Shown here: positions 25,336 to 34,079 of the stretch, in pieces
How positions within the stretch are numbered: position 1 is the stretch's first letter
Layout of the letters: each line of letters opens with the position of its first letter
The notes under the pieces: model-generated
Told to the model about the DNA's origin: nothing
The model's database searches: none
Seen by the model: the letters and a program-made list of their open reading frames with translations, nothing else
DNA from: Candidatus Woesearchaeota archaeon
GTDB lineage: Archaea > Nanobdellota > Nanobdellia > Woesearchaeales > 21-14-0-10-32-9
Assembly (NCBI GenBank): GCA_046543095.1
Contig: JBKHAC010000004.1
Span: 1 to 58,897 of the forward strand
DNA: 58,897 nt
Direction of reading: 5' to 3'
Translations under genes and position numbers: made by a program

Positions 25336-25400
25336 GCCTAAGAAGACATTTTTTTGCTAGACTCAAAAAATCAAGGATTTCTTCCACTCCTAATTTATAA
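25336..25400 (+). repeat. Family 1 repeat, 3'-half copy D
   Basis: GCCTAAGAAGACATTTTTTTGCTAGACTCAAAAAATCAAGGATTTCTTCCACTCCTAATTTATAA aligns with 58090-58170 and with the 3' end of copy A. Confidence 0.5.
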
Positions 25401-25415
25401 TTTATCATATTTTTT

Positions 25416-26150
25416 TCATTCGTCCCAGGGAAAAACAATCCATGTTTTTTGACCTATTATCTTCGAGTGGTGTGTCGGTTTTGTTTTTGAGTCTTTTTTG
25501 TAAAATATCGTGTATGAGTCATTATCCGAGTATTTGCTAAGTGTTTGGCCACTATCACATATATCATCTACTATTAGTGTTTGTTTTGTTATTTCTTTTT
25601 CATTTAAAAGTAATGGTTTGTTTAATTTATAGGATAGAATTGTTGCTATTATGATTCCACCTCTAGGGATGCCAAATATGTTTTCATATTTATTTAGTTT
25701 TGACAGTATTTGATCCACATAATTAATTATATCGCGCCATGTGTAGTGTTCCTTTTCTTGGTCTGATCTTTTATGTACTGTGCTTATGTTATCTTGTATT
25801 TCTTTTTGTATTTCTTGTTTTTGTTTTTTCTTTATCTCAGCCCACAGAGTTTTATTTTCTATTCCGTTAATTCTTTCAGTGTATTTTTTCTCTGACCTCT
25901 CAAATACTCGCTCAATTTTTATTTTTTCCTCATTTTCTAAATTAACCAATACATTAAGATAATCCCACAATATATCTCCTAGTTCATCTTCGAGTTTTAC
26001 GTGGTTGTTTGTTTTGTTTTCATCTTCGGTTTCTTGTATTTCTTTTTTTAGTTCGTTAAAATATGTCGTACTACCTTTTGACCAATCGCTTTTTTTATCT
26101 ATTAGAAGTTTTCTTTTTGCAAGTTCTATTATTTTTTTTATTTCATTCAT
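25416..26150 (-). CDS. Fusion of a MazG-like NTP pyrophosphohydrolase domain with a xanthine-guanine-type phosphoribosyltransferase domain
   Basis: The N-terminus has KKEIQETEDE..LEDELGDILWDYLNV (MazG E-x2-E / E-x2-D pattern). The C-terminus has IPRGGIIIATILS, the PRPP motif LIVDDICDSGQT and a Gpt-like end TWIVFPWDE. Confidence 0.65.
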   Translation of the reverse strand: MNEIKKIIELAKRKLLIDKKSDWSKGSTTYFNELKKEIQETEDENKTNNHVKLEDELGDILWDYLNVLVNLENEEKIKIERVFERSEKKYTERINGIENKTLWAEIKKKQKQEIQKEIQDNISTVHKRSDQEKEHYTWRDIINYVDQILSKLNKYENIFGIPRGGIIIATILSYKLNKPLLLNEKEITKQTLIVDDICDSGQTLSKYSDNDSYTIFYKKDSKTKPTHHSKIIGQKTWIVFPWDE

Positions 26151-27231
26151 TTTCTTGAAATAATTTTGTTTCTTGAAATATTAATTTTTTTTGCCAGTTC
26201 CTAAGAGACTCATAATTTTTGTTTCGGACAATATCGTGTACTTGGTCTTTTGTCATTATTAAGTATGGTTCTATATTAAATTTTTCGCCTAGTTTTACTC
26301 GTATATTTTCTAATTCTTGTAGTTCTTCTTTTTGTTTTTCTGTGTATTTTTTTAAATCTTTTTTAATTGTATTTGTTTGCATAGGTGTTATTTTTTTTGA
26401 TTGGTAGTATATTGTTTCAAGTTTTGCTTTGAGTGCTGGGTGTACTCCTTTTATTTTCTTCCAACCATCATGTTCTTGAGGCGGGTTTTGTGCAAGTTCT
26501 ATTATTCTTCTATTTGGCATTATTCTATGTATTGGTTTATTTGTTCTTTTTGCTATTATTTCTCTTGCATCGTATATTTTTTGTGCAAATATTTTTTCTT
26601 TAGCTGTGAGTTTTGTGATGCCTTTCATATCTTCGAATACTAGTTCCCTGTATTCATAATCTTTTTCATCTAAATGTTCAAGTTCTTCTTTGAGCCACTC
26701 TTCTCGTCCGAGTTTTTTTATTTCAGTCTCAATTAAGTCTTTTAGTTGTATTAAATAAGCTGTATCTTTTACTGCATAACTCATCATCTCAGGATTTATT
26801 GGACGCACTGTCCAATCTGCCATTTGGAATTTTGATTCTTTTTTGACGTTGAAGAATTTTTCAAGTAGTGAACCAAGTCCGACGTTTCGCTCACCTATAA
26901 GCAGTGCTGCTATTTGTGTGTCGAATAGGTTTTTTGGTTTTATTTGAAATTCGAAGTTCAGTATTCGAAGGTCGAAGCTTACGTCGTGAAATATTTTTTG
27001 TATGTTATTATTTTCTAATATTTTTTTAAGTGGCATTATTTCTTTAAGCTCTATTACATCCACTACGTAGTTTTTGTTTTTTGTTGATATTTGTATTATT
27101 GATATGTATGATCCATAGTGGTGGAGATTATTTTCACATTCGATATCTATCGCGATTGTTTTTTCTTCTTCAAGTATTTTGCACATCGCGTCTAATTCTT
27201 GTTTTGTTTTTATGTATTCGTATTGTATCAA
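26143..27231 (-). CDS. rnd: RNase D-like DEDDy 3'-5' exoribonuclease with HRDC domain
   Basis: Exo motifs IAIDIECEN, KIFHDVSFDLR and YAVKDTAYL. Also DTQIAALL and ADWTVRP. An HRDC-like segment (FAQKIYDAREIIAKRTNKPIHRIMPNRRIIELA) follows. Confidence 0.8.
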   Translation of the reverse strand: MIQYEYIKTKQELDAMCKILEEEKTIAIDIECENNLHHYGSYISIIQISTKNKNYVVDVIELKEIMPLKKILENNNIQKIFHDVSFDLRILNFEFQIKPKNLFDTQIAALLIGERNVGLGSLLEKFFNVKKESKFQMADWTVRPINPEMMSYAVKDTAYLIQLKDLIETEIKKLGREEWLKEELEHLDEKDYEYRELVFEDMKGITKLTAKEKIFAQKIYDAREIIAKRTNKPIHRIMPNRRIIELAQNPPQEHDGWKKIKGVHPALKAKLETIYYQSKKITPMQTNTIKKDLKKYTEKQKEELQELENIRVKLGEKFNIEPYLIMTKDQVHDIVRNKNYESLRNWQKKLIFQETKLFQENE

Positions 27232-27296
27232 TTAAATCACTAATTTGTTGAAACGTTGTTTTCTTTATATTTTTTTGTAAATAAATATACTCACTA

Positions 27297-27875
27297 ATGA
27301 GTGGCGAAAAAGAGAAAGGTTTATATAGTTTTTTTATGTTTCTAAATTTTATGCGCATAGACCCTTTAACAAAAAAAGAACCTTTAGTAGGAGATGTAAT
27401 ATTAAAAAAATATAGACCTTTAAATAAATTATTAGAAGACATTTATGGAGTATCTCATTTAAGTTTGCCTATGTTCAATAAAGTTTATTCTTTACTTGAG
27501 CCTAAAGATAAGCACATTTTAGAGCTTGGTTGCGGCAGCATAGATTATTCATCTACAAGGAATTTTGAGCCTTGGCTTGCGAGGGCTCTAACGCTTGATG
27601 GTGCGAGAGTTACAGGCATTGATATTGGCGAATTGTCTGATGAGCCATTTGAACATTATAAATTAGATTTGAAAAATCCTGAATCTTTATCTATTTTTAA
27701 AAATTCGTCATTTGATTTAGTTATAGCTGATTCTTTTTTTAATTCTTATAAATTGTCTGTTTGTGATAACGAGAGAATTAAGATTTTTAATGATTTGCTT
27801 CCTCAACTTAGTAGAATTTTGAAAAAAGATGGTTTTTTTACGTATGATTCTTCGTTTGATAATTATATTATTTGA
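27297..27875 (+). CDS. Class I SAM-dependent methyltransferase
   Basis: Motif I ILELGCGS, acidic post-I GIDIG, and FDLVIADS. Confidence 0.6.
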   Translation: MSGEKEKGLYSFFMFLNFMRIDPLTKKEPLVGDVILKKYRPLNKLLEDIYGVSHLSLPMFNKVYSLLEPKDKHILELGCGSIDYSSTRNFEPWLARALTLDGARVTGIDIGELSDEPFEHYKLDLKNPESLSIFKNSSFDLVIADSFFNSYKLSVCDNERIKIFNDLLPQLSRILKKDGFFTYDSSFDNYII

Positions 27876-27913
27876 TTAATCAATCACTCAACAAACTTAT
27901 TTGATTGCTTTTT

Positions 27914-28492
27914 TTAATTATTAATATTAAAGATTATTTTTGCAGCAGCATATTTTTTCTCCACGAATGGTTTCGCTTCAGCTAGTTCTATTTTATTCCA
28001 GCCTCGAGTAATTTTGTCCCTCATCCAAAGCATTGCATCTTCATAAGTCATAGTTTTGCATTTTCTATAAAACATGTGTGGGAATCTGCTTATATGGTCC
28101 ATCGCGTCTGCGCAAGATATTATTTTTTCTTCGATGCTGTTTCTTTTTTGTTTTTTGCTTCCGCGGTGATTTAGCATGCATTCATAAATTAAATTAATTT
28201 CTTCTTCTGGCAAGTTGTATTTTGATAATAATTTTTTAGAGAACTTCGCGCCTTCAATTTCGTGTATGTCGTGGTTTTTTGTTTGTATATAATAAATATC
28301 GTGCAAATAAGCTGAAATTATAACGACGAAAAGATTTGCATTATATATTTTTGCTAATTTAACAGCGTGGTTTTTAACACCTAATATGTGATTTTCAAAG
28401 ACGTCGTCTTCGGCAAAGCCTATTGATTCGTTTTTGACAAAATTGTGTATTTCTAATATTATTTCTTTTTGTTTTTTTGTTAAAGTCATCAT
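27914..28492 (-). CDS. HD-domain phosphohydrolase
   Basis: H..HD signature (NHAVKLAKIY .. AYLHDIYY). I moved the start to the ATG 8 nt after AAGGTGA; the listed TTG at 28513 lies upstream of that SD. Confidence 0.7.
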   Translation of the reverse strand: MMTLTKKQKEIILEIHNFVKNESIGFAEDDVFENHILGVKNHAVKLAKIYNANLFVVIISAYLHDIYYIQTKNHDIHEIEGAKFSKKLLSKYNLPEEEINLIYECMLNHRGSKKQKRNSIEEKIISCADAMDHISRFPHMFYRKCKTMTYEDAMLWMRDKITRGWNKIELAEAKPFVEKKYAAAKIIFNINN

Positions 28493-28607
28493 TAATTTGC
28501 AATCACCTTGCAAGTTTATTAACTTTGTGTTAATTGAGAATTTAGTTTTTTTATTAAATTTTTTTTAGTGCTTTTTATTAATTATAAGAAAAAAGAAAAA
28601 AGAGTAA

Positions 28608-28784
28608 TTATTTTTTTTCGACGAAATAGTATATTATCGCTGTTATTATGCTAAAAAATATTGCGACGACTGTCCAGAGTATTTTTCGTCCTTGAGTTAT
28701 TTGTTTTTGGTTTGCCCAAACATCATATATTACCCATACTGCGCATATTAGCGCAATTAATCCTAATAAGCTTTCTCCTAACAT
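28608..28784 (-). CDS. 58-aa two-helix membrane protein, PLD-nuclease N-terminal (PLDc_N)-like; not in the ORF track
   Basis: MLGESLLGLIALICAVWVIYDVWANQKQITQGRKILWTVVAIFFSIITAIIYYFVEKK, preceded by the strong SD GGGGGGTGG. Confidence 0.55.
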   Translation of the reverse strand: MLGESLLGLIALICAVWVIYDVWANQKQITQGRKILWTVVAIFFSIITAIIYYFVEKK

Positions 28785-28880
28785 AATACCACCCCCCTTA
28801 TTTGTTTGCAGGTTTTAATTACAAACTTTATTTTAAGATATTTATAAATATTTATAAAGTTTTTTGGTGTTCTGAAAAAA

Positions 28881-30203
28881 ATGCTTGAAATTATTCCTGT
28901 TGGCGGTTTTGGAGAAGTTGGTCGTAATTGTGTTCTTGTTAAATGGAAATCTGAAGGTGTTTTACTTGATTTGGGTCTTGAGCTTGATAATTTTATTAAG
29001 TTAAATGAAGATAATCCAAATCCGAGATTTAAGCCAAGTTTCGATGAAGTCGTATTGTCTGGTAGCGTACCTGATGTTTTGTCTTTGTCTAAATTTGATT
29101 TGAAATCTATTAATGCTGTTTGTATTAGTCATGGTCATTTAGATCATGTTGGAGGCGTTCCTTATTTTATTAGGAAGCTTGGTGTTGAGGTTCATAGTTC
29201 TAAGTTCACTATCGAGGTTTTGAAGAGTTTGCTTGATGATAAAAAGGTTGATGCTTTAAATTTGTTAAAGTCGCATAGTGCTAATGCCCCTTTTAGAGTT
29301 TCTAAAAATATTGAAATTGAGTTTTTGAGTATTACTCATAGTATTCCTCAGGCTTTTGTTATTGTTGTTCGGACTCCTTCGGGTAGTGTTGTTTATGCTA
29401 ATGATTTTAAGATAGATACAACGCCTACTTTAGGGGATGTTTTTGATAAAGTTCCTTTTGAAAAAGTTCGTGATTGTAAAGTTTTAATTATTGATTCTCT
29501 TTATGCTGGTGTTCCTGGCACATCTGGTTCTGAGGATTTGGCGCGTCATTTGCTTCATGATGCTTTGCTTCGTAAATCTTATAGTGGTAAGAATATTTTG
29601 GTAACGACGTTTTCAAGTCATATTGCTCGTGTTAAAACTTTAGTTGAGCTTGCGCGTTCAATGAAGCGTCAGCCTGTTTTAATTGGTCGTTCTTTATTGA
29701 AATATGTTGAGGCTGCAAGGAGTGCTGGTGTTGCTGATTTGCTTGAAGGTGTTGAGTTCGTGAAGTATGGTTCTGGTGTTGAGGAGTATTTTAAAAACAC
29801 TAAAAGAACTGTTGATAAGTTTTTTATTGTGACTGGTCATCAAGGTGAGCCTAAAGCTGTGCTCTCTCGTTTGGTTTTTGGTAAATTATTTTCGTTCAAA
29901 GAGGATGATCTCGTGGTTTTTTCATCGAAGGTTATTCCCTCTGGTGAGAATGAGGAGAATGTGCGGTCGCTTGAGCGTGGTTTGCGTCAGCTTAAAGTTG
30001 AGGTTTTAAAAGAGCTTCATGTATCTGGTCATGCGCATAGTGCGGAGCATAAAGTGTTAATTGATTTGCTCAGGCCTGAATTTATTATTCCGACGCATGG
30101 TGAGATTGATATGCTTTTGGCTCAAAAAGAGTTTTGCATGAGTTTAGGTTATGAGGATGATAAAGTTCTTATTTTGAAGAATTTTGATAGAGTTAAGTTT
30201 TAG
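28881..30203 (+). CDS. rnj: Archaeal RNase J (metallo-beta-lactamase / beta-CASP ribonuclease)
   Basis: MBL motif ISHGHLDHVGG; beta-CASP motifs (IIDSLYAG, ..HVSGHA..). About 440 aa, without the bacterial C-terminal domain. Confidence 0.85.
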   Translation: MLEIIPVGGFGEVGRNCVLVKWKSEGVLLDLGLELDNFIKLNEDNPNPRFKPSFDEVVLSGSVPDVLSLSKFDLKSINAVCISHGHLDHVGGVPYFIRKLGVEVHSSKFTIEVLKSLLDDKKVDALNLLKSHSANAPFRVSKNIEIEFLSITHSIPQAFVIVVRTPSGSVVYANDFKIDTTPTLGDVFDKVPFEKVRDCKVLIIDSLYAGVPGTSGSEDLARHLLHDALLRKSYSGKNILVTTFSSHIARVKTLVELARSMKRQPVLIGRSLLKYVEAARSAGVADLLEGVEFVKYGSGVEEYFKNTKRTVDKFFIVTGHQGEPKAVLSRLVFGKLFSFKEDDLVVFSSKVIPSGENEENVRSLERGLRQLKVEVLKELHVSGHAHSAEHKVLIDLLRPEFIIPTHGEIDMLLAQKEFCMSLGYEDDKVLILKNFDRVKF

Positions 30204-30215
30204 TTTTATTATTTT

Positions 30216-31331
30216 TTATTTTATTATATTTGTTGCATAATCTATTCTTTTTATTTTGTAATCAGGCGTGGTTTTATTTGGGAAGTTTGATTTTATTCTT
30301 ATTGTTTTAAGTCCTATGTTTTGTCCTGCGAGTATGTCTGAATCCATGTCGCCTATCATGTAGCTTTTTGTTGTATCTATGTTGTATTTTTGTATTATTT
30401 TTTCAAATAGTCTTGTTTGTGGTTTTTTATCTGGGCAGTTTTCATCTCGTCTGTGTTCGCAGTATCCCCAGTCTTGAATTGTTATTCCTTTATCTTTGTA
30501 TTGTGCGGCGACTGATTTGAATACGTCTTCAACTTCATTTAGTGTCATTCTTCCTCGAGCAACCCAAGGTTGTGATGATATTATGAATAATTTGTAGCCT
30601 TTTTTTTGAAAATCAGATAGTGCTTTAAATGACTCTTCATATAGCTTGTCTGTAGGTATTATTTCAGGGTATTTTGAGTTGTCTGCTATTGTTCCGTCTT
30701 TATCGAGGAATATTGCTTTATTCATTTCTATTCCTAGGTAATTGTTTAAGTGAGATTGCATAACTAGGTTTATCGCTTCAGGTCGTCCATTCGTGTTTAT
30801 TATTCGCGAGTATGGCAGGTCTTTTGAAATTTCTAAGTATTTGTCTCTGAGTTTAGTTATTTTTTCTAGTTGTTCGTCTAAATTTAGTTGTTTTCCTTCT
30901 TCTTCATTTCTTTTATTTATTCTTTGAAGTGCTATTTCTGGGTCGCATAAAAGTATCATTGCAAGTCCTGGTGTTGGGTAAAAAGAGTTTAGTTCTCTTA
31001 TTTTTTTTATTGGTATTCCTTGTAGTGATTGGTATACTTCTGTTGATATGAATCCTCTATTTCCTATTATTAATGTATTTTGTTCATTTAGTAAATGTTC
31101 GTAGTCTTTTAATCCTTTTTTTCTGCTTTTAATGAATAACTCTAATTCTTTTTCAGGATTTCTTTGGGGCATATTTTTTATTTTTAAGATTTCATCTCTA
31201 AAGTAGTGTGGTTCTTGAAAAGTTATCACATCTAATCCTAAGTTTTTTTCTGCGTAGTTTTTTAAATCTTCTATTCTGTTATCTTTTCCAGATCCGCTTA
31301 TCCCATCTATCATTATGAGATTGTTAGTCAT
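30216..31331 (-). CDS. Fusion of a thymidylate/dNMP-kinase-like P-loop domain with a HAD-IIIA (GmhB/PNKP-type) phosphatase domain
   Basis: N-terminus: P-loop IDGISGSGKD, Tmk-like IIGNRGFISTEVYQ and a lid-like QRINKRNEE. C-terminus: HAD motif I FLDKDGT, IISSQP, CEHRRDENCPDKKPQ and GDMDSDILAG. Confidence 0.65.
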   Translation of the reverse strand: MTNNLIMIDGISGSGKDNRIEDLKNYAEKNLGLDVITFQEPHYFRDEILKIKNMPQRNPEKELELFIKSRKKGLKDYEHLLNEQNTLIIGNRGFISTEVYQSLQGIPIKKIRELNSFYPTPGLAMILLCDPEIALQRINKRNEEEGKQLNLDEQLEKITKLRDKYLEISKDLPYSRIINTNGRPEAINLVMQSHLNNYLGIEMNKAIFLDKDGTIADNSKYPEIIPTDKLYEESFKALSDFQKKGYKLFIISSQPWVARGRMTLNEVEDVFKSVAAQYKDKGITIQDWGYCEHRRDENCPDKKPQTRLFEKIIQKYNIDTTKSYMIGDMDSDILAGQNIGLKTIRIKSNFPNKTTPDYKIKRIDYATNIIK

Positions 31332-31978
31332 TTACCTGTTCCTCTAGGTGCTCCGCATCCGAGTATTCCGAAGTTTCTGTATAGTGCGTAGCAGTTTTCT
31401 TTTGAATAGAATTTTTTTTCTTCTTTTGTTGCAGGAGTGTCTTGTACTACGTTAACATCTGTCCATGAATTTGGGTGTGCGTAAAATGGGAAGTGTTTGT
31501 TTGGATTTGATATGAATACACCTGTAAATGTTTCGTTTTGCTCTAATGCTGTATATACTCTGTGTGCGCCATCGTTTATTATTGGTATTTGTATTCTAAC
31601 TTCATCATCGTATTTTATTTCTGATTTATGTGTTATGTATTTCACTGTTCTAGGCGTTATTTCTATTATTGGTGGTGTGATTGTCCAGATTTCGTCGTTT
31701 TCATTTTTTAGTTCATATGCTGCATCTAAGTGCAGAGAATCTATTCCAAAATTTTTCATTAAGTGTTCTCTTAGTTCATGTTGGAATTTTAAATTTTTTT
31801 CAATTAAATAAAATGTTGTTGGGTTAACTTCAAATGGAGAAAGTTCTCTAAATGATATATTTGCGTTTTCATAGACAAATATGTCTTTGTCATTTTCATC
31901 TTTTTGCATTAGTGGTACTTTTCTTATTTTTTGTTCTAACTCTGAAAATGGTATTTTATTTATTGGTTCTAGTCTCAT
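31328..31978 (-). CDS. ParB/sulfiredoxin (Srx)-fold-like protein, function unknown
   Basis: IPIINDGAHRVYTAL matches the core (I/V)-x-D-G-x-H-R motif of ParB N-terminal/Srx-like domains. Its stop overlaps the next start (ATGA). Confidence 0.45.
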   Translation of the reverse strand: MRLEPINKIPFSELEQKIRKVPLMQKDENDKDIFVYENANISFRELSPFEVNPTTFYLIEKNLKFQHELREHLMKNFGIDSLHLDAAYELKNENDEIWTITPPIIEITPRTVKYITHKSEIKYDDEVRIQIPIINDGAHRVYTALEQNETFTGVFISNPNKHFPFYAHPNSWTDVNVVQDTPATKEEKKFYSKENCYALYRNFGILGCGAPRGTGK

Positions 31979-32086
31979 TTATTTTTTCACCCTTAATGTT
32001 TACCCACCTTTTTTTATAAAAAAATAATTAAATAAAAAATAAATAATTTTTATAATAGTTAAATTTAATTAACGTATTATGCTTTT

Positions 32087-33775
32087 TTATTTTCTTTTCT
32101 CTTGGTCATACCAAGTTCTTGCGTTTTTTATTAAGTGTTGAGGATATGTTTGTTTGTCGACTTTTAAGTATTGTCCGAATGTTGGTGCTTTTTCTTTTAC
32201 TTTGTCTGCAACATCCCACGCAATTTCTCTATATGAGTCATGCCCTGGGCTTTTGCTTCTAAGTTCTATGTAGTATCCGTCTTGTCCTGCTGACCAGTTT
32301 ATTAGTCGTCTGCATTTAAATGCGAATGGAACGATTAGTTGTGCCACATATTTGTTATCTGCATGTATATTATTGAATGTTGTTGAAATCTCATTTAATA
32401 TTTGGTTATATTCTTTTTCAAGGCCTGCTGTTTTTATCATTTGTGGCATTTCAAATCCATGTTCTGTTGTGAGTGTTTGTCTAAGCCATGCTCCTCGTCT
32501 GTGTCTGTGATTGTCTCTATCTGCACCGTAATCTATTAGTGTTTCAAATATTGGCGTATCTATTAGTGTTGGTTTTGGGAATGGGTCGAATTTTCCTCTG
32601 TTTTTGAATGTTTGATGTATTATTTCTTGTGCTTTTTTTGGATTTTTTGTTAATTCATCATGATATTGTTCAAATGATCCGTTTCCGTAGTGCCACGCCA
32701 TTGATGATGCTATGAATACGTCAGTAAAGCTTTCAACATTTTCAACAAAGTTTGTTCTTGGTGTTACCTCAAATTTTCTGTTTTTTTCAAATTCGAATAG
32801 TTTCGGTAATGCTTCATCAAAGTAATCTCTAAGTGCTAATTGGTATTCGTTTATTTTTGCATGTGATTTCTCACCCATTAATACAGGTACTACTTTTTGT
32901 GCTTCTTCAATTATTGTTTTTCCTATTTCTCTATCTTGTTTTAGTGGACTCGATAAGAAGTCTGTTACAACTTCCTCTAGTGCTCTAACTTCCATTGATA
33001 CCCCTACTGATGTGAGCATGGAAGGTGTTAGTAAGTATCTTGAATAATCAAGCATCGATTTTCGTGCATTGGCATCGTATGCATTTATTATTTGTTCTTT
33101 TGTTTTACTTGTATCGTTATTTAGCATGTGGCTTAAGAATTCTTGATTTAGTGGATGGTTTCCTGTGAATGTTTCTAGTTTGTGTGTTATTTCTTGATAG
33201 CTATTTATTATTTTTTTTAATGAGGTAAATATTTCCTCTGCGTGTTTTGAGTTTTTTAAATCTAAGTTATCTTCTGATTTTGCAAGAACGTTTTTCCAAT
33301 CTATATATCTTGATGATTTTACTTGTGGGTGTGCAAGGGGGTGCCCTGTTATTAATTTTCCTGATAAGTCAGGTATATTTTCACATACAAATCGTACATT
33401 TCCAAGTTCTTTTATTGAATTATGTCCGTAGCTTTGTGCCCATTTTTGTATAAATTGTTTATTTTTTTCTGTAGGTAATCTCCAGTTTTCTGTGAAGTCA
33501 GAATATGCCTTTTTTAATTGTTCAACATCTATTCCCGTTATATCTTGTGGTATTGAGTCCATTTTTGGAAGTGGCAAGTCTTCTGATTCTATGCTTAATA
33601 GTAATCTTTTTTGAAATGGTTCGTGTGTTCTGCTGTATGCTGCTGCAAGTGTTGCGAATTGTTCTGGAGGGATTGTGTCATATACGAAGAATATGTCTGA
33701 GAATGGTTTTGATACGTATAGCGATAGTATTGCTTCTTCTTGTTCTTCTGTAAATTTTTCTGTAAATTTCCCCAT
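32087..33775 (-). CDS. Tandem-domain ThyX (Thy1, flavin-dependent thymidylate synthase)-like protein
   Basis: Half 1: VRFVCEN..GHPLAHPQVKSSRY and SRYLLTPSMLTSVGVSMEVRALEEV..QDREI. Half 2: GADRDNHRHRRGAW and AQLIVPFAFKCRR..YIELRSKSPGHDSYREIA. Both align by eye to ThyX motifs. Confidence 0.55.
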   Translation of the reverse strand: MGKFTEKFTEEQEEAILSLYVSKPFSDIFFVYDTIPPEQFATLAAAYSRTHEPFQKRLLLSIESEDLPLPKMDSIPQDITGIDVEQLKKAYSDFTENWRLPTEKNKQFIQKWAQSYGHNSIKELGNVRFVCENIPDLSGKLITGHPLAHPQVKSSRYIDWKNVLAKSEDNLDLKNSKHAEEIFTSLKKIINSYQEITHKLETFTGNHPLNQEFLSHMLNNDTSKTKEQIINAYDANARKSMLDYSRYLLTPSMLTSVGVSMEVRALEEVVTDFLSSPLKQDREIGKTIIEEAQKVVPVLMGEKSHAKINEYQLALRDYFDEALPKLFEFEKNRKFEVTPRTNFVENVESFTDVFIASSMAWHYGNGSFEQYHDELTKNPKKAQEIIHQTFKNRGKFDPFPKPTLIDTPIFETLIDYGADRDNHRHRRGAWLRQTLTTEHGFEMPQMIKTAGLEKEYNQILNEISTTFNNIHADNKYVAQLIVPFAFKCRRLINWSAGQDGYYIELRSKSPGHDSYREIAWDVADKVKEKAPTFGQYLKVDKQTYPQHLIKNARTWYDQEKRK

Positions 33776-34079
33776 TCTAAATATTCCCCCTGAATTAAAA
33801 GTTATCTTAACATATTAAAAATTATTAAAAAATCATAATTTTGTTTTTGTTACTACTATGAAATCCAGATATTATTTAAATGTTTTTATTGACGAGAAAA
33901 TATGTTTGTTTTTGTCACTTAGTTGTTATTAAAACCCAGATAAAATGTGACTTTGAACAATATTTGAATAATTAGTTTATTTTTTTATTTATTTTTTATT
34001 TGAAACTATTTGTTTTAATTTTAATTATTTGTTTATTTTAAAGTTACTTTTTTAAACGAGTGTTTATTCTTCCATTGTT

